A stretch of DNA of 64,000 bases from Mobula hypostoma (taxonomy: Eukaryota): NCBI RefSeq assembly GCF_963921235.1, contig NC_086108.1, forward strand, positions 20,894,001 to 20,958,000. The letters run 5' to 3'. Made by a program: the position numbers and the translations under genes. The notes beneath the pieces are model-generated. The model made no database searches. It saw only the letters and a program-made list of their open reading frames with translations, and was not told where the DNA came from. This document shows, in pieces, positions 52,351 through 64,000 of this stretch; the first letter of the stretch is position 1; each line of letters begins with the position of its first letter.

Positions 52351-53044
52351 CCGGGAGGGGGGAGAAGATGGCGGCGCGATGGCAGTGCGCGCGGCCACTT
52401 TGGTAATGATATCTGTTATCTGTCAAGTAGGGGACCGTGCACAATTCTGATTTGATGGAGACAGACGTGAGAGCACGGAGGAACATCTGGAAAACTTCTG
52501 AAATGCCCACTTCGCTGTTGCTGCTACTGTTTGGAAACCGGAATCTCCGGAGTTGAAGGCCCTGAAATCCTCGGCTTTGCGTGTTTCAGCAGCCAGGGAG
52601 AAGTCGAAGGTGCTCAGCAGAGGATGGCACTTGGGAGGCTGTATCGGAGAGGTTGGTCGGAAGCTTGAAGTTTTCGGACGGGTGGACTCAGTGTCAGCTG
52701 TGGTCGGCTGCTTCCAAGGTATCGTCAAGTTGACGGTGCCTGGAGGTTTATGGCAGGGAGTTTCTCCCTTTTGCCGCCTGCTATTGGGGACTCAGGAGTC
52801 GATCGATTCGGGACTTTGAGACTTTTTTTTTTTACGGTGCCCATGGTCTGTTCTTCATCAAGTTATGGTATTGCTTTGCACTGCTGTAACTATATGTTAT
52901 AATTATGTGGTTCTGTCAGTGTTAGTCTTTGGTCTGTCCTGTTTTCTGTGATATCACTTCGAAGAAACATTATATCATTTCTTAATGTATGTATGCATTT
53001 CTAAATGACAATAAGAGGACTGAGTGTTCTCATAATCTAATCTA
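52351..53044 (+). mobile_element. Non-coding non-autonomous retroposon with a Rex1-like 3' tail, nested in the L1
   Basis: TSD ACACCTC (52344-52350, 53045-53051), an AAGATGGCGG head and an (AATCT)n tail. The 3' end resembles 13380-13480. Confidence 0.78.
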
Positions 53045-53645
53045 ACACCTCATAAGCCTGATTTTATTCTCACAAGTCAATGAATATGTTGTAAAAGAAA
53101 AGATCACTCCATACTCTGTACATAGTTTTCTTCTTTCGATTGTTCTTTCTTTCCTCTCCTTTCTATAAGTGTATACCTCAGATAAATATTATGTGGAGTT
53201 TTGCGACAAATATGATATATATGTACAGTATCTGAAATACATCTTATGGAAATGTTTGTTTGATGGTGAAATTCAATAAAAAATAAATTACAAAAAAAAG
53301 GAATGGGTGGAGCATTGGCTGATAGGCAGAAAGCCAAGGGTGGGAATAAAGGGATCTTATTCTGATTTGTTGCCAGTTACTGGTGGTGTTCCACAGGGGT
53401 CCGTGTTGGGGCCACTTCTTTTTGCAATGTATATCAATAATTTAGATTATGGATTAAATGGTTTTGTAGCTAAGTTTGCAGAGGAGCAGGAAGAGCTGAA
53501 GAAACGGTAAGGTTGCAGAGAGACTTGGTCAGTTTAGGAGAGTGGGCAAAGAAATGGCAGATAAGATACAATGTTGAGAAATATATGGTTGTACATTTTG
53601 GAAGAAGTAGTAATTGGGCAGATTATTATTTAGATGGGGAGATTC

Positions 53646-56600
53646 TGGCAGTTTTGGCAGTTGGTCTGTGCAATCAAGTCAATCAAGATTTGAATAGCTC
53701 AGACTCAGCAGAAAGCAGCTGATTGGGCAGTCGAAGTCAGGGGACCAAACATTTTGAAAAGCTAAAACAGATAAATAGAGGGATAGCTCAAGCGAAGCAG
53801 CCAGTGCATGAGTGGGCCAGTGAAGGAGTGAAGCTTTGAGGCTTTGACTCGAGAGGCTTCAACGAGAAGAGGCGGAGGACGAGCTTGTTCCCAGTTAGTT
53901 TTTACAATGTCTCCTGAGACGGTGATGTGCCTCTCATGTGAGATGTGGCAGTCTTGGGGGAACGCCCCTCTCCCGCAGAGTCACATCTGCCAGAAGCGCA
54001 TACGGCTGGGCGATCTGGAAGATCGTGTAAGGAATCTGGAGCAGCAGCTGGATGACCTTTGACTCATAAGGGAGAATGAGGCAGTCATAGATGAGAGCTA
54101 CCGGGAGGTAGTCACACCTAGGCTGTCGGAAGCAGGTCATTGGGTGACAGTCAGAGGGGGGAAAGCAAAGGGGAACAGACAGTTAGTGCAGAGCACCCCT
54201 GTAGCCATTCCCCTGAATAATAAGTTTACTGTCCTGGATACTGTTGGTGGGGACGATCGATCAGGTGTGAGCCACGGTGGCAGGGCCTCCGGCACTGAGT
54301 CTGACCCTGTGGTGCAGAAGGGTGGGACGGAGAAGAGGAGAGCTGTCGTCATTGGAGACTCTATAGTCAGCGGAGCAGACAGGAGATTTTGTGGACGTGA
54401 GAAGGACACCCGCATGGTTTGTTGCCTCCCGGGTGCCGACAGTAAGGTAGAAGGGCTGAAATGCGTGTACCTCAATGCAAGAAGCATCAGGAACAAAGGT
54501 GATGAACTGAGAGCTTGGATACATACATGGAATTATAATGTAGTGGCCATTACAGAGACTTGGCTGGCACCAGAGCAGGAATGGATTCTCAATATTCCAG
54601 GATTTCAGTGCTTTAAAAGGGATAGGGAGGGCGGAAAAAGGGGAGGAGGGGTGGCATTACTGGTCAGGGATACTATTACAGCTACAGAAAGGGTGGGTAA
54701 TGTAGCAGGATCCTCTTTTGAGTCAATATGGGTGGAAGTCAGGAACAGGAAGGGAGCAGTTACTCTATTGGGGGTATTCTATAGGCCCCCTGGTAGCAGC
54801 AGAGATACAGAGGAGCAGATTGGGAGGCAGATTTTGAAAAGGTGCAAAAATAACAGGGTTGTTATTTTTTATTAACTGGGTTATTAACAATATTGTTAAC
54901 TGGATGACTTTAACTTCCCTAATATTGATTGGCACCTGATTAGTTCCAAGGGTTTAGTTGGGGCAGAGTTTGTTAAGTGTGTCCAGGACGGATTCCTGTC
55001 ACAGTATGTGGACAGGCCGACCAGGGGGAATGCCATACTAGATCTAGTACTAGGTAATGAACTGGGTCAGGTCACAGATCTCTCAGTGGGTGAGCATCTG
55101 GGGGACAGTGACTACCACTCCCTGGCCTTTAGCATTATCATGGAAAAGGATAGGATCAGAGAGCACAGGAAAATTTTTAATTGGGGAAAGGCAAATTATG
55201 AGGCTATAAGGCTAGAACTTGCGGGTGTGAATTCGGATGATGTTTTTGCAGGGAAATGTACTATGGACACGTGGTCGATGTTTAGAGATCTTTTTTGTCC
55301 CGGTGAGGAAGATAAAGAATGGTAGGGTGAAGGAACAAGTGAGGTGGAAAATCTAGTCAGGTGGAAGAAGGCAGCATACATTAGGTTTAGGAAGCAAAGA
55401 TCAGATGGGTCCACTGAGGAATATAGGGAAGCAAGAAAGGAGCTTAAGAAGGGGCTGAGAAGAGCAAGAAGGGGGCATGAGAAGGCCTTGGCAAGTAGGG
55501 TAAAGGAAAACCCCAAGGCATTCTTCAATTATGTGAAGAAAAAAAAGGATGACAGGAGTGAAGGTAGGACCAATTAGAGATAAAGGTGGGAAGATGTGCC
55601 TGGAGGCTGTGGAAGTGAGCGAGGTCCTCAATGAATACTTCTCTTCGGTATTCACCAATGAGAGGGAACTTGATGATGGTGAGGACAATATGAGTGAGGT
55701 TGATGTTCTGGAGCATGTTGATATTAAGGGAGAGGAGGTGTTGGAGTTGTTAAAATACATTAGGACAGATAAGTCCCCGGGGCCTGACGGAATATTCCCC
55801 AGGCTGCTCCACGAGGCGAGAGAAGAGATTGCTGAACCTCTGGCTAGGATCTTTATGTCCTCGTTGTCCACGGGAATGGTACCGGAGGATTGGAGGGAGG
55901 CGAATGTTGTCCCCTTGTTCAAAAAAGGTAGTAGGGATAGTCCGGGTAATTATAGACCAGTGAGTCTTACGTCTGTGGTGGGAAAGCTGTTGGGAAAGAT
56001 TCTTAGAGATCAGGGACAGTTAGCATGGCTCTGTGAAGGGCAGATCATGTCTAACAAGCCTGATCGAGTTCTTTGAGGAGGTGACCAGGCATATAGATGA
56101 GGGTAGTGCAGTGGATGTGATCTATATGGATTTTAGTAAGGCATTTGACAAGGTTCCATACGGTAGGCTTATTCAGAAAGTTAGAAAGCATGGGATCCAG
56201 GGAAGTTTGGCCAGGTGGATTCAGAATTGGCTTGCCTGCAGAAGGCAGAGGGTGGTGGTGGAGGGAGTACATTCAGATTGGAGGATTGTGACTAGTGGTG
56301 TCCCACAAGGATCTGTTCTGGGACCTCAACTTTTCGTGATTTTTATTAACGACCTGGATGTGGGGATAGAAGGGTGGGTTGGCAAGTTTGCAGACGACAC
56401 AAAGGTTGGTAGTGTTGTAGATAGTGTAGAGGATTGTCAAAGATTTCAGAGAGACATTGATAGGATATAGAAGTGGGCTGAGAAGTGGCAGATGGAGTTC
56501 AACCCAGAGAAGTGTGAGGTGGTACACTTTGTAAGGACAAACTCCAAGGCAGAGTACAAAGTAAATGGCAGGATACTTGGCAGTGTGGAGGAGCAGAGGG

Positions 56601-57290
56601 ATCTCGGGGTACATGTCCACAGATCCCTGAAAGTTGCCTCACAGGTGGATAGGGTAGATAAGAAAGCTTATGGGGTGTTTGTTAGCTTTCATAAGTCGAG
56701 GGATAGAGTTTAAGAGTCGCAATGTAATGATGCAGCTCTATAAAACTCTGGTTAGACCACACTTGGGAGTACTGTGTCCAGTTCTGGTCACCTCACTATA
56801 GGAAGGATGTGGAAGCATTGGATAGGGTACAGAGGAGATTTACCAGGATGCTGCCTGGTTTAGAAAGTATGCATTATGATCAGAGATTAAGGGAGCTATG
56901 GCTTTACTCTTTGGAAAGAAGGAGGATGAGAGGAGACATGATAGAGGTGTACAAGCTATTAAGAGGAATAGATAGAGTGGATAGCCAGCGCCTCTTCCCC
57001 AGGGCACCACTGCTCAATACAAGAGGACATGGCTTTAAGGTAAGGGGTGGGAAGTTCAAGGAGGATATTAGAGGAAGGTTTTTTAACTCAGAGAGTGGTT
57101 GGTGCGTGGAATGCACTGCCTGAGTCAGTGGTGGAGGCAGATACACTAGTGAAGTTTAAGAGACTACTAGACAGGTATACGGAGGAATTTAAGGTGGGGG
57201 CTTATATGGGAGGCAGGGTTTGAGGGTCGGCACAACATTGTGGGCCAAAGGGCCTGTACTGTGCTGTAGTATTCTATGTTCTATGTTCTA
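53646..57290 (+). mobile_element. CR1 LINE with an ORF1-ORF2 junction deletion, nested in the older CR1
   Basis: 5' UTR and ORF1 N-terminus, then a direct jump to ORF2 near 54437. RT motifs and a (TTCTATG)n tail. Confidence 0.9.
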
Positions 57291-59872
57291 AAATTCAAAA
57301 ATCGGAAGTGCAAAGGGACTTGGGGGTCCTCGTGCAGGATACCCTGAAGGTTAACCACCAGGTTGGATCGGCAGTAAGGAAAACGAATGCTATGTTGGCA
57401 TTCATTTCAAGAGGAATGGTGTATAAGAGTAAGGAGGTGTTGATGAGGCTCTATGAGACACTGGTGAGACCTCATTTGGAATACTGCGTGCAGTTTTGGG
57501 CCCCCTATCTTAGAAGGAATGTTCTGATGTTGGAGAGAGTTCAGAGAAGATTTATGAGGATGATTCCTGGAATGCAAGGGCTAACATATGAGGAGCGTTT
57601 GTCGGCTCTTGGACTGTATTCATTAGAGTATAGAAGGATGACAGGGGATCTCACAGAAACATTTCAAATGTTGAAAGGGTTGGACAGAGTAGATGTGGAA
57701 AGGCTGTTTCCCTTGGTGGGTGAGTCCAGGACAAGAGGCCACAGTCTTAGAATTAGAGGGTACCCATTTAAAACAGAGATGAGGAGAAATTTTTTTAGTC
57801 AGAGAGTTGTGAGTTTATGGAATTCTTTGCCACATACAGCTGTGGAAGCCCAATCATTGAGGGTGTTTAAGGAGGAGATTGATAGGTATCTAATTAGTTA
57901 GGGTATCAAGGGATATGGGGAAAAAGCCGGAAATTGGAACTAGATGGGAGAATAGTTTAGCTCATGGTAGAGTGGTAGAGCAGACTCGATGGGCCGAATG
58001 ACCTACTTCTGCTCCTTTCTCTTGTGGTCTTGACAGTAGAGGAGGCCATGGATGGACATATCAGAATGGGAATGGGATGTGGAATTAAAATGTGTGGTCA
58101 CTGGGAGATCCTGCTTTCTCTGGTGGACAGAGTGTCGGTTTTCAGCGAAACGGTCTCCCAGTCTGCATCGGGTCTCGCCAATATATAGAAGGCCGCACCG
58201 GGAGCACCAGACGCAGTATATCACACCAGCCGACTCACAGGTGAAGTGTCGCCTCACCTGGAAGGACTGTCTGGGGCCCTGAATGGTGGTGAGGGAGGAA
58301 GTGTACGGGCATGTGTAGCACTTGTTCCACTTACAAGGATAAGTGCCGGGAAGGAGATCGGTGGGAAGGGATTGGGGCGGGGGGGGGGAACGAATGGACA
58401 AGGGAGTCGCGTACCACCACCAAGCACATCTTTAACTCCCCCCTCTTTCTGCTTTCCGCAGGGATCACTCCCTACACAACTCCCTTGTCCATTCGCCTCC
58501 CCCCCCCATCCCTTCCACCCATCTCCCTCCCAGCACTTATCCTTGTTAGCAGAACAAGTGCTACATATGCCCTTACACTTCCTCCCTCACCACCATTCAG
58601 GGCCCCAGACAGTCTCTCCAGGTGAGGCGACACTTCACCTGTGAATCGGCTGGTGCGATATACTGTGTCCAGTGCTCCCAGTGCGGCCTTCTATATATTG
58701 GCAAGACCTAACGCAGACTGGGACACCGTTTCCCTGAACACCTACACTCTGTCCACCAGAGAAAGCAGGATCTCCCAGTGACCACACATTTTAATTCCAC
58801 GTCCCATTCCCGTTCTGATATGTCCATCCATGGCCTCCTCTACTGTCAAGATGAAGCCACACTCCAGTTGGAGGAGCAACACCTTATATTCCGTCTGGGT
58901 AGCCTCCAACCTGATCGCATGAACATTGACTTCTCTAACTTCCGTTAATGCCCCTCCTCCCCTTCTTACCCTATCCCCTATTTATTTATTCCCCCTTTCT
59001 TCCTCTCTCCTTTTTCTTCCTCTGTCCCTCTCACTATATCTTCCTCTGGTGCTCCCCTCCCCCTTTCTTTCCCCCTCAGCCTCCCGTCCCATGATCCTCT
59101 CCCTTCTCCAGCCTTGTATCCCTTTTGTCAATCAACTTTCCAGCTCTTAGCTCCATCCCTCCTTCTCCTGTCTTCTCCTATCATTTCGGATCTCCCCCTC
59201 CCCCTTTCAAATCTCTTACTATCTCCTCCTTCAGTTAGTCCTGACAAACGGTCTGGGCCCGAAACGTCGACTGTACCTCTTCCTATAGATGCTGCCTGGC
59301 CTGCTGCGTTCCACCAGCATTTTGTCTGTGTTGCTTGAATTTCCAGCATCTGCAGATTTCCTCGTGATTGCGCCCACTCTAAGCATTTTGTTTATGGCTT
59401 CCTGCACTATTACAATGCCCAATGTAAGCTTGAAGACCATTCTTCAGTCTGGGTATATTACAGACTTCAACCTCTATAAAGAATTTCAAAACTTTTGGAA
59501 GTTCACTCTTTTGTTGTGTCTGTGTCAAACTCACAATTTCTGCCTGTCAAGATTTTGGACCTTCTTTATATACATACAGACTGGACTGCAGAGTATGCCT
59601 CACAGCTACATTCGTAACAAAACATTATTAGAGGCAAAGAAGCATGGTGTTTGTGGCAGCCCTCATTGATTTTTCCCGATAGCATCTTCAAGTGACAAAC
59701 TGCAAACATTTTGAAGCCACTAGCACAAATCAAAACATAATGAACATGGTTACATATAATCAACATTGCAGAAAAGTGATCAACATTAACTGAAATAATG
59801 TTTCTGAAGCAAGGCTTCAGTAATTACTTATTATTACAATACCTACTAACAAAGACAATGATATTAACTCAC

Positions 59873-59923
59873 CTCAGGTTGAATAGCTTTAAAAACTGGC
59901 GCATCCATTAATGTTATCTGACT
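59873..59923 (-). CDS. RALGPS2: RalGPS-family (Ral GEF, CDC25 domain) internal coding exon, 51 bp, SQITLMDAPVFKAIQPE
   Basis: The minus strand reads ttttttag|AGTCAG...CCTGAG|gtgagt, with canonical splice sites and phase 0/0. The peptide matches the RalGPS QITLMDxPVFKAIQP motif as I recall it. Paralogue assignment (RALGPS2 or RALGPS1) is uncertain. Confidence 0.9.
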
Positions 59924-60527
59924 CTAAAAAAACATAATTGTAAATAAAATTACAATTTAATAATGAAAATAATTAACCTTCACAACAATTTTGGACATTG
60001 AAGTCTCCAAAATAATTTTCCCAATTGTGCTCAACTTCATAATATTAAATGTATATTAATACATTTATTTTCAGTTTAAAAATAAACTGAACTTAGAAAT
60101 GAATGTAAAATGGTAATGCTTCACAACTTGATTCAGTAGATCAAAAGTAATACATTTAGCAATTTGATAAATAAATTTAAAAGTGGTCAAAATTCCCTTT
60201 CTTTAATACAGTACCTAATTCAATGGACCAGAACTTAGTACTAGCAACCACTCATCTATTCTTGCCAGTGACTATGGATGTCAACTGTATTTTACAATAT
60301 TTCAAATATCCAAACAGAAATGACACTGCCCAATTGATTCCAAAAGCATGATATTAATGGAATAACCTGAAGGAAGGTAGGGTGTGGGGCAGAGCCAAGA
60401 ATACACAGGCCACTGCAACCATCCTGTGATGTAACCATTGAACTTTGACGCCAATCTCAATTTGATTACAGATATTAAGATTTCTTGCAGAATAAGGCCA
60501 CGAATGGTTCCTTAAGTTTGTCATAAT

Positions 60528-61068
60528 CAGGGTGGGTAGTGGGGATAAGCCCCTACTACCTATTAAATGCTCCCAATGGCAAGCATCTCAAATAGCCTCT
60601 GGAAATCAAGTACAGTTCCTGGCCTTCACATGTTACTTAGCTACTAAGCCAGGCAGAATCATTTCCACTAACAGGGGAAGGGGTAAAGACAGGTTACTGG
60701 CACCTTAAAACCAATCATTCTGGGCAGATGGGCTCATGCTGTGATTAGCAGCTCATCTACGAAAAAGGAAACTCTGGTTTCAAACCTCACTGCACTGTGG
60801 TTATATCCACTCATGGGAAGGCCGCGGGAGCTGGAGTCCCTAACGCACTCCTATGGTGAGTTCAAAGCTGAATAGCAACTGCTGTGATGTTGCTGATGCC
60901 AAACTCTACTGGTCTCTCCTGTTCCTTTGCATTCGTCAGCTGCACGGACAGGGGGAGTCTGCTGCATAGCCAACAGCTTGCTCTCTGTAAAGTACTGCCC
61001 TGGCTTGCATATTGACTTCGACAACTAAGACGCAACATCCATGGTCAACCACAGCTAATGGTGGCCAT
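60528..61068 (+). mobile_element. Probable RTE-related non-autonomous element
   Basis: Non-coding. The 3' end CATCCATGGTCAACCACAGCTAATGG resembles the RTE stub end at 34930-34960. Confidence 0.45.
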
Positions 61069-61264
61069 AGTCTAAAGCCATGAAACATACTAGCGGTTGG
61101 AGATCTTGAGTTCCCTCCTTACCATGATTATTTCAGCCATCAACTTAAAGGGTTTAAGACTACAAACCTAACATTCTACAGCCGTAATATAGAGCTCGTG
61201 GTGATATTACAACATGGCCTACTCCACTCTTTGTATTACGTGTTATCAGGGCTAGGCCTGCTTA

Positions 61265-61971
61265 AGGCCAATTTATACTCCTGTGTCAAATTGACGCAGT
61301 AGGTACAGCATAGCCGCATACCCTACGCTATACCTTATGACGTAGCCTCCCCAAAAATGTAACAACACGTCGCAGTGACGCAGACCACAACAACTGTGAT
61401 TGGTCTGCTTGGTAGCATCGCATTTCCTCCTACGCTACAATAGCTTGCCATTGGGCGACTGAAGGGCAGGGAAGGAACTCTGGCTGCAATGCTTTCCATC
61501 AAACTTTACAGACCTCCAAAATTATCGAGGACCCTGTGCTTGATGCCTGTTTGTAGCTAGCTGCTACAGCCTGTTAACTTCCACCTGAAGCTAAAACTCA
61601 AAAGATGATTGCCAGTCTCTGAGTATATTGTGCATACACTGATGCAAAATAAATGGTTGGAGACGATGAGCCACATCGCCAAATCTACCTGCCAACATCC
61701 GAAAATATTTGAAATGCATTTCTTCATCCAAGTCTCTCAGTGGCCGGACAAGCACAGAAAATTCACCGTCCTTCAGTTTCAGTCGCTATTGTTTGAAGTT
61801 TGAGTTTCTTCATGTTGAGTTTCAACACAAAGAAACTCAACACAGTGGCATAGAAACCCCACCGCCAACTCGCGTTTTGGCGGTGAATTGCAGAGCGATG
61901 CAGACACACCAACGCACAAGTACAAATGCTCACAATGGCATAGGCTACTACACAGAAGTATAAATCAGCCT
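61265..61971 (-). mobile_element. PIF/Harbinger deletion derivative
   Basis: 22-bp TIRs (AGGCCAATTTATACTCCTGTGT / AGGCTGATTTATACTTCTGTGT) and a TTA/CTA 3-bp TSD. Minus-strand transposase remnants read [11 protein letters not shown] and VLASGGS*QAVAASY...WKALQPEFLPCP. Confidence 0.85.
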
Positions 61972-62555
61972 CTAGGGTTGCAATTTCAGATCTGGCCAGT
62001 AGATAACTCTGGGGCACCAGGGTCTTGCATAATGCTGGGACTTATGTAGAGATGAAAGAAATGGTCAGGCCAGGAACCAGTAGAAAAGCTGAGAAAGAGT
62101 GGTGCAAGAATGGGGATCAACATATCCAAGCACAAAAAAACAATCTTGCACCTTGCAGAGCATACATGCACAAACCATGACTGATTAACATTGCTACTTG
62201 AAGCTTAAGGACATGAGCTAACAGAATAATAAGATCTCATTGACCTGCTCAGCCCTATAGTTACTGTAAGATATAATCTTAGCAATATTACTAAGGGGGA
62301 ATATTAATAAGGGGGAAGTACAAACTTAATTTCTGTAGTCCCTGATCACAACTCATTGATAAACCTTTAAAATCATTGTGTCTGCAATGTCAGATATTCA
62401 GAAGCATTACAAAACATTTTAACTACTAAAAACAAATGCATTTTGAAATTTAAAAACTATTGAGTTAAAAGATTTAAATTAATTCAAAAGATTTTAATTA
62501 CTTAACATTCAGGTCATTCACAGTCATTTCCATCCATTGAAATAAATGGATCTAC

Positions 62556-63544
62556 CAGACATCCCACCTAGCAAAAACTCACTTCAGGGAGGTAACACCA
62601 CCACCCCCGTCCCCCCCCCCAGTTGACCTCCAAGGGTGTATGTATACAGGACATTTGATTATGTAAGAACACAACAATTTATTTGATCACATATTCAAAC
62701 TATTTACATATATATTCCTTGTTGAGTATTTTGTTGGCAGTCTCAATGCTAATAGCTAAGTGCTAATGCAAATAGCTTTTCTATTTCTTTTGCAAACTTT
62801 CCTTGTACTGTGATGTGGCTTGCTTGGCAGATTTGAGCATTTTGCCGAAAGTCTCAAACTCATAGCAGTCTGTGGCAATGAATTTGTAAATTTTGCAAGA
62901 CATCAGATTCACAATTATATTACATTATATTATCAAGGAGTCATTTTATAATTCTATTACAACTTTAAGCAAGTCTACAGGGAGCTTGGCCTCATCACAT
63001 AGGACATCAATAGAGTAGCGCCTTAGCAGCTAGCCAGTTAGTTTAAGTAATGTTAGCTATGCTAATGAACCAATGACACCTGTTAAACTCATCTCAACAT
63101 ATCTTTTACAGTCATTTAACCCACCATAGGCAATAGAAAAGTCACTCTTGCAAATAGTGCAGTGAACAACACTGTCATTATTTTTGACCCCTATTAAGCA
63201 GGGGTACACTTTAGTGTAGTCTGGGGTGAAGTACGTTTTATATTTTTTTTGGAACACTCTGCCATGGTGCTGCAGGACACTAAACTGAACTGATGGACAA
63301 CGGAAGAGAGAGAGAGAGAGAGAGAGGTTGACTGTAAAGCCCGCCCACAGAGAAAACTGATAGGTCTACTTAGCACAAAGAGAGACCAATCAGGATTGAT
63401 TTCTTTCTTTCTCTCTCTCTCTCCTCCCCCCCTCCCTCCCCAAAAAATCTTTTTCCAGGATATTGTATATAATTTGCGGGCATCAGAGAGCCACTATCAA
63501 TATGCAGGAGACTCCCGGAACTTCCGGGAGAGGTGGGATGTCCG
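62556..63544 (-). mobile_element. hAT-like non-autonomous DNA transposon
   Basis: 13-bp TIR CAGACATCCCACC / GGTGGGATGTCCG, and a zinc-finger-like remnant VHCTICKSDFSIAYGGLNDCKRY (ORF 63057-63257). Flanks are ATCTAC and ATTTAC. Confidence 0.78.
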
Positions 63545-63559
63545 ATTTACCCTTCCAAA

Positions 63560-64000
63560 GAGAGCAGACATACAAGAGACTGCAGTTATAATCTAGAGCA
63601 ATTAGAAATCAGTGGGTCATGCAGCATCTCTGAAGGCTAAGGGACAGTATATGTTTCTGGTTTACACTCCACTTACACTCTAAGGGTGACAGAGATAGCC
63701 AGTATACCAGGACGAGAATGATGGTTCAGTGAGGGGTCGGCAGGCAGTAGAAGAAACGAGGTAATGGGCAAATGGAGCCAGGTGGGGAAGGGGTAGAGGT
63801 GCAGTCAGTGACTGGGTGAAGGCTAGAAACAGAAAAGGAAAGAAAGAAAAAGTGGGAAAATAGAACTAGGTGGGAGAAAGGAGGGGGCAGAAGACAGACG
63901 GCAGGTGGAGGTAAAGGGGTGGTAATGAGAGAGGTGTTGGAACATATGTTGCACCTCTAATGATTGTTTGTAGGGTAACATGGCATGGGACAGGGATGGG
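63560..64000 (-). mobile_element. Old Penelope-like terminal remnant
   Basis: Degenerate reverse complement of the Penelope-like terminus, followed by a purine-rich tract. Confidence 0.5.

Larger units (their letters stand above)
45450..53299 (+). mobile_element. Full-length L1-clade LINE, decayed
   Basis: 13-bp TSD GGAATGGGTGGAG (45437-45449, 53300-53312). ORF1 contains NIRIYNVPE and IERAHRS. ORF2 contains SFNVNGL, RIDYF, SDH, RQGC, YADD and CWRNC..H..C. AATAAA and poly-A at the 3' end. Confidence 0.93.
42402..58027 (+). mobile_element. Near-full-length CR1 (pieces 42402-45449, 53313-53645, 57291-58027), split by an L1 and a second CR1
   Basis: ORF1 esterase (VIGDSIV, DGLH), endonuclease and RT motifs continue across the insertions. 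TCTTG is repeated at both ends. Confidence 0.9.
41914..59372. mobile_element. Penelope-like element with two inverted arms (minus arm 41914-42401 plus 58033-58411; plus arm 58412-59372), hosting a 15.6-kb nested stack
   Basis: 14-bp TSD CCCATTCTAAGCAT/CCCACTCTAAGCAT (41900-41913, 59373-59386). GIY-YIG-like ORF at 58003-58401 (GVIYCVWCSRCGLLYIGET). Confidence 0.87.

Overview
Vertebrate genomic DNA, most likely from a cartilaginous fish (inferred from the repeat mix). The window lies inside a RalGPS-family gene on the minus strand. Two short coding exons (59873-59923 and 25220-25303) splice in frame to [45 protein letters not shown] across a 34.6-kb intron. RALGPS2 versus RALGPS1 is not resolved. 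Most of the remainder is decayed, often nested transposable elements. These include CR1, RTE, Rex1/Babar, L1 and I/Nimb LINEs, Penelope-like elements, two class-I-like endogenous retroviruses (one with env), a solo LTR, SINEs, and Tigger, Harbinger and hAT DNA transposons. No intact autonomous element was found. The most notable observations are: minimal hammerhead ribozyme cores in short Penelope-like insertions; a foldback element with LINE 3' stubs at mirror-image positions in its two arms; a 1905-bp tandem duplication with a chimeric Rex1 junction copy; a four-level nested stack of about 17.5 kb; and an env-bearing provirus. All family names come from motif recognition, not database searches.
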